Shown here in pieces: positions 20,029-29,629 of a DNA stretch of 64,000 bases. The stretch is taken from contig CAZWRN010000001.1 of assembly GCA_964636275.1 (NCBI GenBank), positions 107,724 to 171,723 of the forward strand, read 5' to 3'. The position numbers and the translations under genes were made by a program. The notes beneath the pieces are model-generated. The model was not told the DNA's origin. It worked only from the letters and a program-made list of their open reading frames with translations, and did not search any database. Numbering within the stretch: position 1 is the stretch's first letter; each line of letters starts with the position of its first letter. Origin of the DNA: an uncultured Gammaproteobacteria bacterium. Lineage in GTDB: Bacteria; Patescibacteriota; Microgenomatia; Daviesbacterales; UBA10151.

Positions 20029-20068
20029 TTGCCTTGATATTTCAGCCTCAAGTATAGATAATAGCCTC

Positions 20069-20932
20069 ATGCAATTTTTACGAATTATTCCTGTTCGTTT
20101 GTGGTTGATAGGGATTGTGGTAATTCTACTGATATTAGCAGCGTATCAGACATTTATTGGAGATCGTAGAGGAGTCAATATTGAGACAAATTCTCCTGAA
20201 CCAATGCCAAGCTATGAATATTCACCACCTCCATCATCTGTTCCGGCTGTTTCTGCCTCACCAGCAGCATCAGCTAAAGCGAGTATAAAACCATCGACCA
20301 AAACATCTGCGAGCTCTGTTGTTACCGTTTCACCTAGTCCTTCAGCTGCTGCGACTACATCTACATCAAGTTCTAATGGACAAAATAATATTTCAGTGCA
20401 GTTAACAAGTATTGATCCTGCAAATCCGGCCTTTGGAACTCAGATGACTATACGAGGTTCTGGTTTTGGTTCAAGCCAGGGTGTTTACAACGTTTACTAC
20501 AATGGGCAGGCTCAGCCTTATGGAGGGATTCAAAGCTGGTCAGATACCGAAATTAAAACCAATAGCCCTTTTTTTGCCAGTGGAGCTGAATATCAGCTGG
20601 AAGTTCAAACAGCTGATGGTCGCAAAAGTAACAGGATAAAGGTGAAATCCGGCGATGGACAGCCGTATGTAGATAGCTTTTCGCCGGGAAGTGGAGCCAA
20701 AGCAGGACAGGAGTTAGTATTAAAAGGTGGTCGTTTCGGATCACAGGGTCAGGTGAATTTTTTCCAAAATTATCCCAATGTTTCTGGTAGTGGGCAGATC
20801 ACTTTTTGGAGTGATACTGAGATTCGTCTGACGATACCAAACAATTTAGAGTCGGGTAAGGAGTATGGGATTGAAGTTGTCAGCGGTGGTGGTGGACATA
20901 GCTCTTTTAAGTATTATACGTTGGGTAGTTGA
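20069..20932 (+). CDS. surface protein with S/T/A/P-rich linker and two IPT/TIG-like domains
   Basis: N-terminal TM; Ser/Ala/Pro/Thr-rich tract; two repeats of 'P..G..G..(l/i)..G..FG..G' beta-sandwich pattern. Confidence 0.45.
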   Translation: MQFLRIIPVRLWLIGIVVILLILAAYQTFIGDRRGVNIETNSPEPMPSYEYSPPPSSVPAVSASPAASAKASIKPSTKTSASSVVTVSPSPSAAATTSTSSSNGQNNISVQLTSIDPANPAFGTQMTIRGSGFGSSQGVYNVYYNGQAQPYGGIQSWSDTEIKTNSPFFASGAEYQLEVQTADGRKSNRIKVKSGDGQPYVDSFSPGSGAKAGQELVLKGGRFGSQGQVNFFQNYPNVSGSGQITFWSDTEIRLTIPNNLESGKEYGIEVVSGGGGHSSFKYYTLGS

Positions 20933-22182
20933 ACCAGATATTTTTCTGTCTCTTTTTTGTGAAGTGAATAATATAAATACCCTAAGTTAAATATCATTAC
21001 AATTCCGCCTAATGCAACCGCAATTTGGGGTCCAAAATATTCAGTGACCAATCCAATTTGAAAAGAGCCGATTGGTTGCATGCCTAAAAGACATAAAGTG
21101 AATATACTCATCACCCGGCCTCGTAGATGATGTTCTGTTTTATGTTGAATTGCTGAATTTACAAGTGAGTTTTGCAAAGCGAGTCCCATTCCACAAAAAA
21201 ATAGGGCAGGTAGGGCAAAATTAAAAGTATTGGTAAAAGAAAAAGCGATGATGGCAATAGAAAAAACCACACTTCCGGCTAAGATCAGAGTTTCAACTTT
21301 AAATCTTTGGTAAAATCCTACAATAATCAAAGTAGAAATAATTGCCCCGGCACCTGCTACTGAATACAATATACCCAATCCCGCGGCATTAGAATGAAAA
21401 ACTTGTTCGGAAATAATCGGCAGCATGGTGGTGTAGGGCCAGCCAAAGATGCTGGAAATAGCCACAAAGATGAGTAGTGCACGGATATAACTATGTTTTC
21501 GAGCGTAATTTACGCCGATTTTTATGGATCGCAACGGGTGATGATGAACTTTGGGAATATCGGATTTGACCTTCATGAAATAAACGGCGACTAATGGTCC
21601 CAGAAAACTCAATCCGTTGAGCATAAATGCCCAACCCGTGCCAATCGTTGCAATTAGTAATCCGGCTATGGCTGGGCCTAATACTCTAGCAGCATTAAAT
21701 GAGCCCATATTTAAAGCGATTGCTGAAGGAAGATGTTCACTTCCAACCATTTCGACTGTAAAAGCTTGTCTGGCTGGGGTGTCTATGGCATTTACAATAC
21801 CGCTGAGAAATGTGAGTAGGCCAACCGACCAGACACTAGCATGGCCGCTTAAAGCTAAAAGACCAAGAGCAACTCCAAAAAAAAGTTGCCCAGCTTGTGT
21901 CCAAATCAAAACTTGTCTTTTTTGGAAACGATCAACAATCACTCCGCCAATCAGGGCAAATAACAAAATAGGTAAAAAGCCTAATGCGGTCACAAAACCC
22001 ACCATGAAAGCTGAACCTGTTAGTTCATAAATCAACCATCCTTGAGCTACTGTTTGCAACCAGTTTCCAATTAGTGAGATCAGTTGTCCCAAAAAATAAG
22101 CTCGATAATGTTTATGTCCCAGAGCAGGAAAGAATTGTTTGATGTAGGATTTTATACTATTTTTACCCCAGATTTTTCCCAT
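20914..22182 (-). CDS. MFS transporter
   Basis: 12 TM helices, MFS loop 2-3 motif 'GGVIVDRFQKRQVL'. Confidence 0.75.
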   Translation of the reverse strand: MGKIWGKNSIKSYIKQFFPALGHKHYRAYFLGQLISLIGNWLQTVAQGWLIYELTGSAFMVGFVTALGFLPILLFALIGGVIVDRFQKRQVLIWTQAGQLFFGVALGLLALSGHASVWSVGLLTFLSGIVNAIDTPARQAFTVEMVGSEHLPSAIALNMGSFNAARVLGPAIAGLLIATIGTGWAFMLNGLSFLGPLVAVYFMKVKSDIPKVHHHPLRSIKIGVNYARKHSYIRALLIFVAISSIFGWPYTTMLPIISEQVFHSNAAGLGILYSVAGAGAIISTLIIVGFYQRFKVETLILAGSVVFSIAIIAFSFTNTFNFALPALFFCGMGLALQNSLVNSAIQHKTEHHLRGRVMSIFTLCLLGMQPIGSFQIGLVTEYFGPQIAVALGGIVMIFNLGYLYYSLHKKETEKYLVQLPNV

Positions 22183-22325
22183 AATAAATTAAGTTTCCAA
22201 GAAACAATGTATCAAGTACAAAATTAAAGGTGGCCGAATTGATGAATCCTGAAACGAAAGAGGATACCAGACCGTCTATATTTACTATACACCTCTGACA
22301 CTTTTAAGTGTCAAGGAATTATTGA

Positions 22326-22429
22326 TTAATAATCAAGATACAATTTACCAAGATACAAATAAAATTTAGGTTATCAAATGATCAATTTTAAATTGTTTGT
22401 TTTTTGTATCTTGTTTCTTGATTATTATT
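22326..22429. repeat. palindromic intergenic element, copy upstream of the small ORF/hrcA region
   Basis: Left arm TTAATAATCAAGATACAATTTACCAAGATACAAA; core TCAAATGATCAATTTTAAATTG; right arm TTTTGTATCTTGTTTCTTGATTATTATT. Confidence 0.6.
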
Positions 22430-22552
22430 TTTGGGGTTGACAGATATTTTTCAAAAAAGGTATTGTAAGAACTCGGGCTTTTTGACAAAATTCTTACATA
22501 GAATCTAGGAAAAATGTTGTTATAACAATCTAAAAGGAGTATATTATAGTTA

Positions 22553-22822
22553 ATGCCGCTTGAAATAAAACAGTCAGTTGAAAAAAATAAAAAAGAAGAT
22601 GAGAAAAGTCTGGTAGAGCATTTAGTGGAACTTCGAAATATTGTCGGACGAGTGATGTCAGGGGATATTGAAAGTGGTAGTGGGGTGAGCAATACCGTGG
22701 GACATCGTCGGTTTGATCCGCAAAATCAAACAGCTCGGCAGACTGTGGTCACGAGTGGCACGTCAACTTCCGATGACTCCAGTTCATCCACAAATGATTC
22801 CTCTCAAAGCAACTCTAAGTAA
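22553..22822 (+). CDS. small hypothetical protein with Ser-rich tail
   Basis: Strong RBS 'AAAGGAG' 9 nt upstream of the ATG; possible promoter TTGACA..TATTGT about 100 nt upstream. No homology recognised. Confidence 0.35.
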   Translation: MPLEIKQSVEKNKKEDEKSLVEHLVELRNIVGRVMSGDIESGSGVSNTVGHRRFDPQNQTARQTVVTSGTSTSDDSSSSTNDSSQSNSK

Positions 22823-22901
22823 TTTTCTTCACGTGTTTTACTTCAATGCAACAGATATGAAAATTTGCTTTTAGACATGGTTTTTTGGATCAAGAGGTCT
22901 C

Positions 22902-22938
22902 TTGACAGGTATTAGCACTCGCGGTATTATATTGCTAA
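22902..22938 (+). promoter_or_regulatory. sigma-70-like promoter overlapping a CIRCE-like HrcA operator upstream of hrcA
   Basis: TTGACA (22902-22907), 17 nt, TATTAT (22925-22930). 'TTAGCACTC-N9-TATTGCTAA' (22912-22938) matches CIRCE TTAGCACTC-N9-GAGTGCTAA, with the left half perfect and the right half 6/9. Confidence 0.6.
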
Positions 22939-22977
22939 TCCTTCGACTTCGCTCAGGATAAATCTTAAAGAAAATGC

Positions 22978-23709
22978 ATGGATTTAACTGACAGACAAAG
23001 AGAGCTTTTAAAGGCGATAGTCGAATTGCACGTTAAAACAGGCGAATCAGTTGGGTCAGAAGCGGTTGAGAGAGAAGCCAATTTAGGTGTTTCCCCAGCC
23101 ACTATTCGTAATGAAATGGTACGACTGACAGAGATGGGTTATCTGAGACAGCCACATACTAGTGCTGGTCGTGTGCCGACCTCCATGGGATACAAAATAT
23201 ATATCCAGGAGTTGATGAAGGAGCGCCAAGTTCCGGTGATGGCAGAAGTTCAGATGAAACAGCAGATGTGGCAGCGTCGCCACAAAGAGCAGCAGATGTT
23301 TCGGGAAGCTGCTAAAGCTTTGGCCAATCGGTGTCAGATGCTAGCAATGGCGATCACAGAAGATGGCGATCTTTATTACGCAGGGACATCCTATATTTTG
23401 GATTTTCCGGAGTTTGAAGATATCGATGTCACCAGATTTGTTCTGAGCCTTTTTGATGAATATCCGACTTTGCAAAATATTATTGGTAAAGCAGTCGGAC
23501 CAGATCCGATGCATATTTTATTTGGCGAAGATCTGGGAATAGAAAATCTACTGCCAACTGGATTTGTTTTCTGCCGATTTAAAGGTAGAAATGAAGAAAA
23601 AAGTGGTGTGGTTGGGGTAATCGGACCAGCTCGGATGAACTTTCCGGTGGTTTTACCCTATGTTCGTTACACCGCAAATGTGTTAGAAGATGCATTGAAG
23701 AGCTATTAG
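22978..23709 (+). CDS. hrcA: heat-inducible transcription repressor HrcA (short)
   Basis: N-terminal wHTH 'LTDRQRELLKAIVELHVKTGESVGSEAV...SPATIRNEMVRLTEMGYLRQPHTSAGRVPT'; CIRCE-like operator immediately upstream; followed by grpE-dnaK-dnaJ. Confidence 0.75.
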   Translation: MDLTDRQRELLKAIVELHVKTGESVGSEAVEREANLGVSPATIRNEMVRLTEMGYLRQPHTSAGRVPTSMGYKIYIQELMKERQVPVMAEVQMKQQMWQRRHKEQQMFREAAKALANRCQMLAMAITEDGDLYYAGTSYILDFPEFEDIDVTRFVLSLFDEYPTLQNIIGKAVGPDPMHILFGEDLGIENLLPTGFVFCRFKGRNEEKSGVVGVIGPARMNFPVVLPYVRYTANVLEDALKSY

Positions 23710-23718
23710 GAGAAAATG

Positions 23719-23826
23719 GATCAAGTAACAAGATACAAGTACCAAGATATAAGTACCAAACAATATTTAATTGGTAAATTGATCAGATTTCAAATTGTTT
23801 GGAATATTTGATTAATTGTTTCTTGG
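23719..23826. repeat. palindromic intergenic element, copy upstream of grpE
   Basis: Left arm GATCAAGTAACAAGATACAAGTACCAAGATATAAG; core AAATTGATCAGATTTCAAATTG; right arm TTTGGAATATTTGATTAATTGTTTCTTGG. Confidence 0.6.
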
Positions 23827-23840
23827 AAAGCTTAAAACTT

Positions 23841-24449
23841 ATGGCTAAGAATGACCAACAGCAAACTGAAGAAGAACTAACTGATGATGTAGCTCCTCAT
23901 GCGGAAAATGTTGAAAGCAAACAGTTGGCAGAAGACAGTAAAAAGACTAAGGGACAGGATTGTGAATGTGAAGATTGCAGCTGTGGTACTTGTGATTGTG
24001 AAGATTGTGATAAGTGTCAGAAAATTAAAGCTGAACTTGAGGAGATGACAACCAAATACAAACGGGCTTTGGCTGATTATCAAAATCTGGAAAAACGGGT
24101 AGCAGAGGGAAGAAGTGAACTGGCTGCCTGGGCTGGATCAGAAGTGATTAAAAAGATTTTACCAGTCATGGATCATTTTGATAAAGCTTTGAGTGGAGTG
24201 AGTGAGGATGAGGCGAAGTCAGGGTGGTTTAAAGGGGTGAAAATGAGTGTATTACAGCTTCAGCAGGTAATGCAAAGTGAAGGGTTGGAACAGATTGAAA
24301 CAGACGGACAATTTGATCCCACCCTTCACGAAGCGGTAGACACGAAAGAAGGTAAGGATGGTCAGATTTTAGAAGTAGTTGAAAAAGGCTGGAAGCTTAA
24401 TGGTAAAATAGTGAAGCCAGCCAGGGTGGTAGTTGGGAAAAAGGGATAA
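23841..24449 (+). CDS. grpE: nucleotide exchange factor GrpE with N-terminal Cys-rich insert
   Basis: 'VMDHFDKAL' and GrpE coiled-coil/beta-domain; 'DCECEDCSCGTCDCEDCDKC' cluster near the N-terminus. ATG at 23841 preferred over the TTG at 23799 that lies inside an intergenic repeat. Confidence 0.8.
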   Translation: MAKNDQQQTEEELTDDVAPHAENVESKQLAEDSKKTKGQDCECEDCSCGTCDCEDCDKCQKIKAELEEMTTKYKRALADYQNLEKRVAEGRSELAAWAGSEVIKKILPVMDHFDKALSGVSEDEAKSGWFKGVKMSVLQLQQVMQSEGLEQIETDGQFDPTLHEAVDTKEGKDGQILEVVEKGWKLNGKIVKPARVVVGKKG

Positions 24450-24487
24450 TAAGGAAATCCTTCGACTCGCTAACGCTCGCTCAGGAT

Positions 24488-24520
24488 GACAAATCAATTT
24501 GAAATTATATTTGATTTGTC
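24488..24520 (+). promoter_or_regulatory. perfect 10-bp inverted repeat between grpE and dnaK
   Basis: GACAAATCAA-N13-TTGATTTGTC. No U-tract follows, so it is not a classical terminator; candidate processing/stability hairpin or operator. Confidence 0.4.
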
Positions 24521-24541
24521 AAAAAACGAAAGGAATTATAT

Positions 24542-26461
24542 ATGGCTAAGATTATAGGAATAGATTTAGGTACAACAAATAGTGCGATGGCGGTGATGGA
24601 GGGTGGTAAACCCAAAGTTATCCATTCTGCAGAAGGCGCAAATACGATTCCTTCTGTGGTAAACCCGGTTAAAAGTGTGGTGGGTACTCCAGCCAAAAGA
24701 CAAGCGATTGTCAATCCAAAAGAGACAATCTTCTCCGTTAAGCGTCTGATGGGTCGAAAGCTGGATGATCCAGAAGTTCAGCGAGATCTGAAATGGCTGC
24801 CTTATGAAGTCAAAGCCGGTAAAAACGGTATGGCTGTAGTGTCTGTAGATGGTAAAGAATATACTCCACAAGAGATTTCAGCGATGGTGCTAAGTAAGAT
24901 CAAAGCTGATGCTGAGGCTTATTTGGGAGACAAAGTTACGGAAGCTGTCATTACCGTTCCTGCATACTTTGATGACTCCCAAAGACAGGCTACCAAGCAG
25001 GCAGGTGAGATTGCGGGGCTTAATGTTCAAAGGATCATCAATGAACCAACTGCTGCTGCATTGGCTTATGGTTTGGATAAACAAAACGCTCATACTATTG
25101 CTGTGTATGATCTTGGGGGCGGTACTTTTGATGTATCTATCCTTGAGCTGGGCGATGGTGTATTTGAAGTAAAGTCAACCAATGGTGACACTCACTTGGG
25201 TGGTGACGATTTCGATCAAGTGATTATTGACTATATTGCTGAAGAATTTAAGAAAGAGAGTGGTGTAGATCTCAAAAATGATAAACAAGCTTTGCAAAGA
25301 CTCAAAGATGCAGCTGAAAAAGCGAAAATCGAGCTGTCTTCTTCTCAGGAAACAGATATTTCTATCCCATTTGTGACAGCTGATGCTACCGGTCCTAAAC
25401 ATATCGATATGAAGCTGTCTCGAGCCAAGCTGGAAGCTTTGGTTCAGGGACTGATTGATAAATCATTTGATGCGGTTAAAGCGGCTTTAGCTGATGCCAA
25501 AATTGATGCCTCCAAAGTCGATGAAGTGGTGTTGGTTGGGGGTATGACCAGAATGCCAGCCGTACAAGCAGCAGTGGAGAAATTCTTTGGTAAAGAGCCA
25601 CATAAAGGTATTAATCCTGATGAAGTGGTAGCTATCGGTGCTGCAATTCAGGGAGGTGTCTTGGGGGGTGAAGTCAAAGATGTATTGCTGCTCGATGTGA
25701 CCCCTCTGACTTTGGGGATTGAAACACTGGGGGCTGTAAGTACACCGTTGATCCCTCGCAACAGTACTATTCCAACTTCAAAATCTGAAACTTTCTCGAC
25801 CGCGGCTGACAATCAGACCTCAGTGGAGATCAATGTGCTCCAAGGTGAAAGACAGATGGCAGCTGACAACAAATCTTTGGGTCGCTTTATGCTGGATGGT
25901 ATTCCACCAGCCCCTCGAGGAACTCCTCAGGTTGAAGTGACTTTTGATATCGATGCTTCCGGAATTTTGCATGTATCAGCCAAAGAGAAAACTACTGGTA
26001 AAGAGCAAAAAATCACTATTACCGGATCAACTGGTCTTGATAAAGATGAAGTTGAGCGAATGACCAAAGAAGCGGAAGCTCATGCTGAAGAAGATAAAAA
26101 GAAAAAAGAGGAGATTGAGACCCGAAATACGGCTGAACAGATCGTCTATACAGCTGAAAAAAGCCTGAAAGATGCTGAAGGTAAGATCGGTGATGATCTG
26201 AAAAAAGAAGTTGAAGAGAAGATTCAAGCAGTTAAAGATGCCAAAGAAGGTCCAATTGATGAATTAAAAGCCAAAGCAGATGCACTAGGTGAAAGTATGC
26301 AAAAAATCGGTGCTGAGATGTATAAAAACCAGCAACCAGCTGACAGTCAACAGTCTACAGCTGAAACAGGATCCGAAGAGCCAAAAACTGAATCCAATGA
26401 TGTTAAAGACGAAGCAGTTGAAGGCGAAGTAGTGGAAGAAGAGAAGAAAAAGGAAGAATAA
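24542..26461 (+). CDS. dnaK: chaperone DnaK (Hsp70)
   Basis: '[10 protein letters not shown]', 'DLGGGTFD', '[10 protein letters not shown]' Hsp70 signatures; acidic EEKKKEE C-terminus. Confidence 0.95.
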   Translation: MAKIIGIDLGTTNSAMAVMEGGKPKVIHSAEGANTIPSVVNPVKSVVGTPAKRQAIVNPKETIFSVKRLMGRKLDDPEVQRDLKWLPYEVKAGKNGMAVVSVDGKEYTPQEISAMVLSKIKADAEAYLGDKVTEAVITVPAYFDDSQRQATKQAGEIAGLNVQRIINEPTAAALAYGLDKQNAHTIAVYDLGGGTFDVSILELGDGVFEVKSTNGDTHLGGDDFDQVIIDYIAEEFKKESGVDLKNDKQALQRLKDAAEKAKIELSSSQETDISIPFVTADATGPKHIDMKLSRAKLEALVQGLIDKSFDAVKAALADAKIDASKVDEVVLVGGMTRMPAVQAAVEKFFGKEPHKGINPDEVVAIGAAIQGGVLGGEVKDVLLLDVTPLTLGIETLGAVSTPLIPRNSTIPTSKSETFSTAADNQTSVEINVLQGERQMAADNKSLGRFMLDGIPPAPRGTPQVEVTFDIDASGILHVSAKEKTTGKEQKITITGSTGLDKDEVERMTKEAEAHAEEDKKKKEEIETRNTAEQIVYTAEKSLKDAEGKIGDDLKKEVEEKIQAVKDAKEGPIDELKAKADALGESMQKIGAEMYKNQQPADSQQSTAETGSEEPKTESNDVKDEAVEGEVVEEEKKKEE

Positions 26462-26471
26462 AGATTTAAGA

Positions 26472-26690
26472 TTGATGATTAAAAATGGGGAAATTGTGGT
26501 TAATAATTTTGTAAGAAGAGCTGGGCGTTGGCAGAAAGTTAATTGGCCGCCACAATTGCCTGAGTATGTTCTTGATAACTACCGTCAAGTAGGTTTTGGA
26601 ATGCAATATGTTAGCACGTTAAGGGTGTTGGATGGAGCATTACGAATTTATGTAGGCGTTCCAATAGAAAAAAGCTCGAAATTAACTTAA
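26472..26690 (+). CDS. hypothetical small protein
   Basis: 72-aa ORF between dnaK and an intrinsic terminator; no motif recognised. Confidence 0.25.
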   Translation: MMIKNGEIVVNNFVRRAGRWQKVNWPPQLPEYVLDNYRQVGFGMQYVSTLRVLDGALRIYVGVPIEKSSKLT

Positions 26691-26737
26691 GAAAAATTGA
26701 GTCAAAAAAGGAACTATAATTATTGTATCATATAAAC

Positions 26738-26759
26738 CTCGGGAGACCGGGGTTTTTTT
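26738..26759 (+). terminator. intrinsic terminator downstream of dnaK/small ORF
   Basis: CCTCGG-GAGA-CCGGGG stem with GNRA loop followed by TTTTTTT. Confidence 0.5.
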
Positions 26760-26840
26760 AAAGTTACAAGTCGCAAGAATCAAGTTGCAAGGAAAATATC
26801 CTTGACTCTAGACTCTTGTCACTGAGACACTACTAGATGT

Positions 26841-27761
26841 ATGGCTAAAAGAGATTTTTATGAAGTATTAGGAATAAAAAAAGGGGCTTCTGAACAGGAG
26901 ATCAAGTCAGCGTACCGTAAATTGGCACGTCAGCACCATCCGGATGTTGATAAATCACCAGGTGCAGCTGATAAATTTAAAGAGATCTCTGAAGCGTATC
27001 AGGTACTTTCGGATCCTCAGAAAAAACAAACCTACGATCAGTTTGGTCATGCTGCTTTTGACCGAGGAGCTGGTGGTTTTGGGGGTGGGGGAAATCCCTT
27101 TGGTGAAGGTTTTAATCCTTTCGGACAGGGCGGATTTTCCTATCAGTGGTCGCAAAATGGTGGTGGGGAGGACTTTGGTTTTTCAGATCCATTTGATCTT
27201 TTCAATCAAATTTTTGGTATGTCAGGTGGAGGCTTTGGACCTAGACGACCCACCTATCAGCTGCAAATCAGTTTTGATGATGCGATAAAGGGGGCTGAGA
27301 AAGAAATTGAAGTTCAGTCACAATCTAGAGATGGCAAAATCGATCGTAAAAGGATGAAGGTGAAGATTCCAGCCGGGGTTGATGATGGTACCAGAATGCG
27401 TTTTGGCGAGATGGATATCGTTTTTAGGGTCCAAAAAAGCACTAAATTTATCCGAGAAGGAGCTGATATTTTCACTGAAGCCAAACTGGGTATTCCTCAG
27501 GTGGTGTTGGGAGATACTATTTCAGTCGAAACTGTGCAGGGTAAAGTGAGTATTAAAGTTCCCTCTGGTACCCAACCAGGATCCTTGATTCGGATTAAAG
27601 GTAAAGGAGTTGCTAATTTGTCCCGAGGAGGTATGGGAGATCATTATGTCAGAGTCCGTCTTGAAGTGCCTGCAGATGTCAGTGGTGAAGAGAAAAAACT
27701 GTATGAACAGCTGGCTGCACTAAAATCTGCTAAAGGTAAGAAAAAAGCTGGCTGGTTTTAA
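26841..27761 (+). CDS. dnaJ: DnaJ-family co-chaperone lacking the zinc-finger domain (CbpA/type-II-like)
   Basis: J domain 'DFYEVLGI...[11 protein letters not shown]', G/F-rich region, C-terminal beta-sandwich domains; no CxxCxGxG repeats. Confidence 0.8.
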   Translation: MAKRDFYEVLGIKKGASEQEIKSAYRKLARQHHPDVDKSPGAADKFKEISEAYQVLSDPQKKQTYDQFGHAAFDRGAGGFGGGGNPFGEGFNPFGQGGFSYQWSQNGGGEDFGFSDPFDLFNQIFGMSGGGFGPRRPTYQLQISFDDAIKGAEKEIEVQSQSRDGKIDRKRMKVKIPAGVDDGTRMRFGEMDIVFRVQKSTKFIREGADIFTEAKLGIPQVVLGDTISVETVQGKVSIKVPSGTQPGSLIRIKGKGVANLSRGGMGDHYVRVRLEVPADVSGEEKKLYEQLAALKSAKGKKKAGWF

Positions 27762-27790
27762 ATCATAAATAAATCAAACGAAGGTGTAAA

Positions 27791-28270
27791 ATGGCAATAG
27801 ACAGACTTCATCAGATAATCCGACAAAGATCAGGTGAGGGTGATGCTAAGTTATATATAACTGATCCACCAACGCTTTTAGAACAAATCCCTGGCGCTTA
27901 TTATCGGTTGATTTCCGCCAACAGTTCACCAGGCAGAGGTATCGATCCAGGAATTTTTATCCATCTAAATAAGTCTGTTTTGTTACAGCGTACTCCATTG
28001 GATTTAGATCTCCAAGATTTTTTAATCGCTCAAGTTTTATGGGATTTAAAAGTTGATATGCCCGAATTGTCAGGTTTGACATCAACTACTGTAGGAGAAA
28101 TAGAAGCGGGAGGTACTATTTTTAGGATTAATCCCTGGGTAGATGTTAGTCGGCCCGGTAGTAATGGTCGTTTAATTCAAGAATACAGAGCCTTATCTCA
28201 AACAAAGAATAAAATTGGTGTCTTAGCCACAGTTAGACGAATGGTATCCTTTTTAAATTATAGTTGTTGA
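27791..28270 (+). CDS. hypothetical protein
   Basis: 159-aa ORF with good coding look; no recognisable motif. Confidence 0.35.
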   Translation: MAIDRLHQIIRQRSGEGDAKLYITDPPTLLEQIPGAYYRLISANSSPGRGIDPGIFIHLNKSVLLQRTPLDLDLQDFLIAQVLWDLKVDMPELSGLTSTTVGEIEAGGTIFRINPWVDVSRPGSNGRLIQEYRALSQTKNKIGVLATVRRMVSFLNYSC

Positions 28271-29629
28271 TCAGCGTGAAAAGACGAGGTCTAACAGTTG
28301 GTTGTATTCTTCGGTCATTTGAGCGTATTTTCGGGCTTCATTGGCTTCTGATTCTGAGAAAGTTTCATCTTTTTGGCTTTTAGCCAGGGCTTTAGTAGCA
28401 AAAGCCTTTTGTTCATTTACGATTGTTATCATCCGCTGGATTTTAGTTTGGTCTTTTTCAGATCCTACCCATTGGGGTAAGTTGGAACTTTCCTGATTGA
28501 GATAGGTGAGTTCATCTTGCCAATATTTGATAGCTTCGGCTTTTTCTTCCGGAGTTGTTTTAGCAGGGAGTGGGGTAGCTTTTGTTTTAGGTTGAATGTT
28601 AAGATTTGCTTTTCCTAGCTCCATATATAATTGAGTTTGGTAGCCATCTTTGATAGTTATTGTAATCATTCGGCCGATACTGCCATTTTTTTCTAAAATG
28701 ATTTCATGATCACCGGTGGTTAGATCTTCACTGATAAATGGGGTTTTCCCCACAGGTTTACCATCAATAGTTATTTGTACCTCAGACGGATTGGAAGTGA
28801 TTTTTACCCCTTTTCCTTCAGTTAAACTGATCATTTCGCCGGCATTGACCTCTTTATGGAGATCGCGAGATATGGTCATCATATAGCCCCGAACGAGGGT
28901 TACTGTGCCTTCCCATTCCACCGCATTTGGATCAGTGGTTTTGAGGTTGATTTTATATTCTCCTGGAGCAATTTTTTCATCAAAGTAAGGGGTTTCGCCC
29001 TTTTGTTCACCGTTTATAAAGACGGTAGCTTTTGGTTCAGATCGAATATCCAATCCTGAGGGACGTCTTGATTCCTGGTAATCATCTATAAGCTGGGTAA
29101 AAGATTGTTTTAATGACTCATTGGCCAGAGCCGTTTTGACCGTCTGTTGGCCAAAAAAGACGAGTGAGCCGATGAGACCCAGCAATACAACGAGTCCTAT
29201 GAACCAGTAATTACCAGTTTTTATAACGAGTGATCCGACTGCCTGATCATGCCAGGCTTGTCTTTTATCATTCTTCAAAATTGCCAGATATCCAAATCCA
29301 AAAAGGAGCGAAGAAAACATATACCCAATGGTTTGACGAAACATAATTCGTTTCCAAGCGAGTGTGGTGCCATCCAGGCCAGTAATTTTAATTCCGGTTA
29401 ATAGTTTGCCTAGCGTACCCCCAAACCATCGAGTCATAAAGATCTGATAGAGCAAGCCCACAGGAGAAAGAAGCACCAGAAGTAAAAGAAACAGATTGGT
29501 AACTAATTCTGGAATATCTGCACTTTTAACTGTTAAATTTATAAAATAAAAAGCTATTGCCATCGCAATGAGAGTATCTATAAAAGATGCCTGCAGTCGA
29601 TGGAAAAAGTGAGCTTCTTTATGATTCAT
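28271..29629 (-). CDS. RDD-family membrane protein fused to two PEGA domains and a coiled-coil tail
   Basis: N-terminal RDD domain ('RQAWHD'), TM helices, then 'VFINGEQKGETPYFDEKIAPGEYKI' and 'VQITIDGKPVGKTPF..GDHEIILEKNG' PEGA repeats. Start likely MNHKEAHFF. Confidence 0.55.
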   Translation of the reverse strand: MNHKEAHFFHRLQASFIDTLIAMAIAFYFINLTVKSADIPELVTNLFLLLLVLLSPVGLLYQIFMTRWFGGTLGKLLTGIKITGLDGTTLAWKRIMFRQTIGYMFSSLLFGFGYLAILKNDKRQAWHDQAVGSLVIKTGNYWFIGLVVLLGLIGSLVFFGQQTVKTALANESLKQSFTQLIDDYQESRRPSGLDIRSEPKATVFINGEQKGETPYFDEKIAPGEYKINLKTTDPNAVEWEGTVTLVRGYMMTISRDLHKEVNAGEMISLTEGKGVKITSNPSEVQITIDGKPVGKTPFISEDLTTGDHEIILEKNGSIGRMITITIKDGYQTQLYMELGKANLNIQPKTKATPLPAKTTPEEKAEAIKYWQDELTYLNQESSNLPQWVGSEKDQTKIQRMITIVNEQKAFATKALAKSQKDETFSESEANEARKYAQMTEEYNQLLDLVFSR

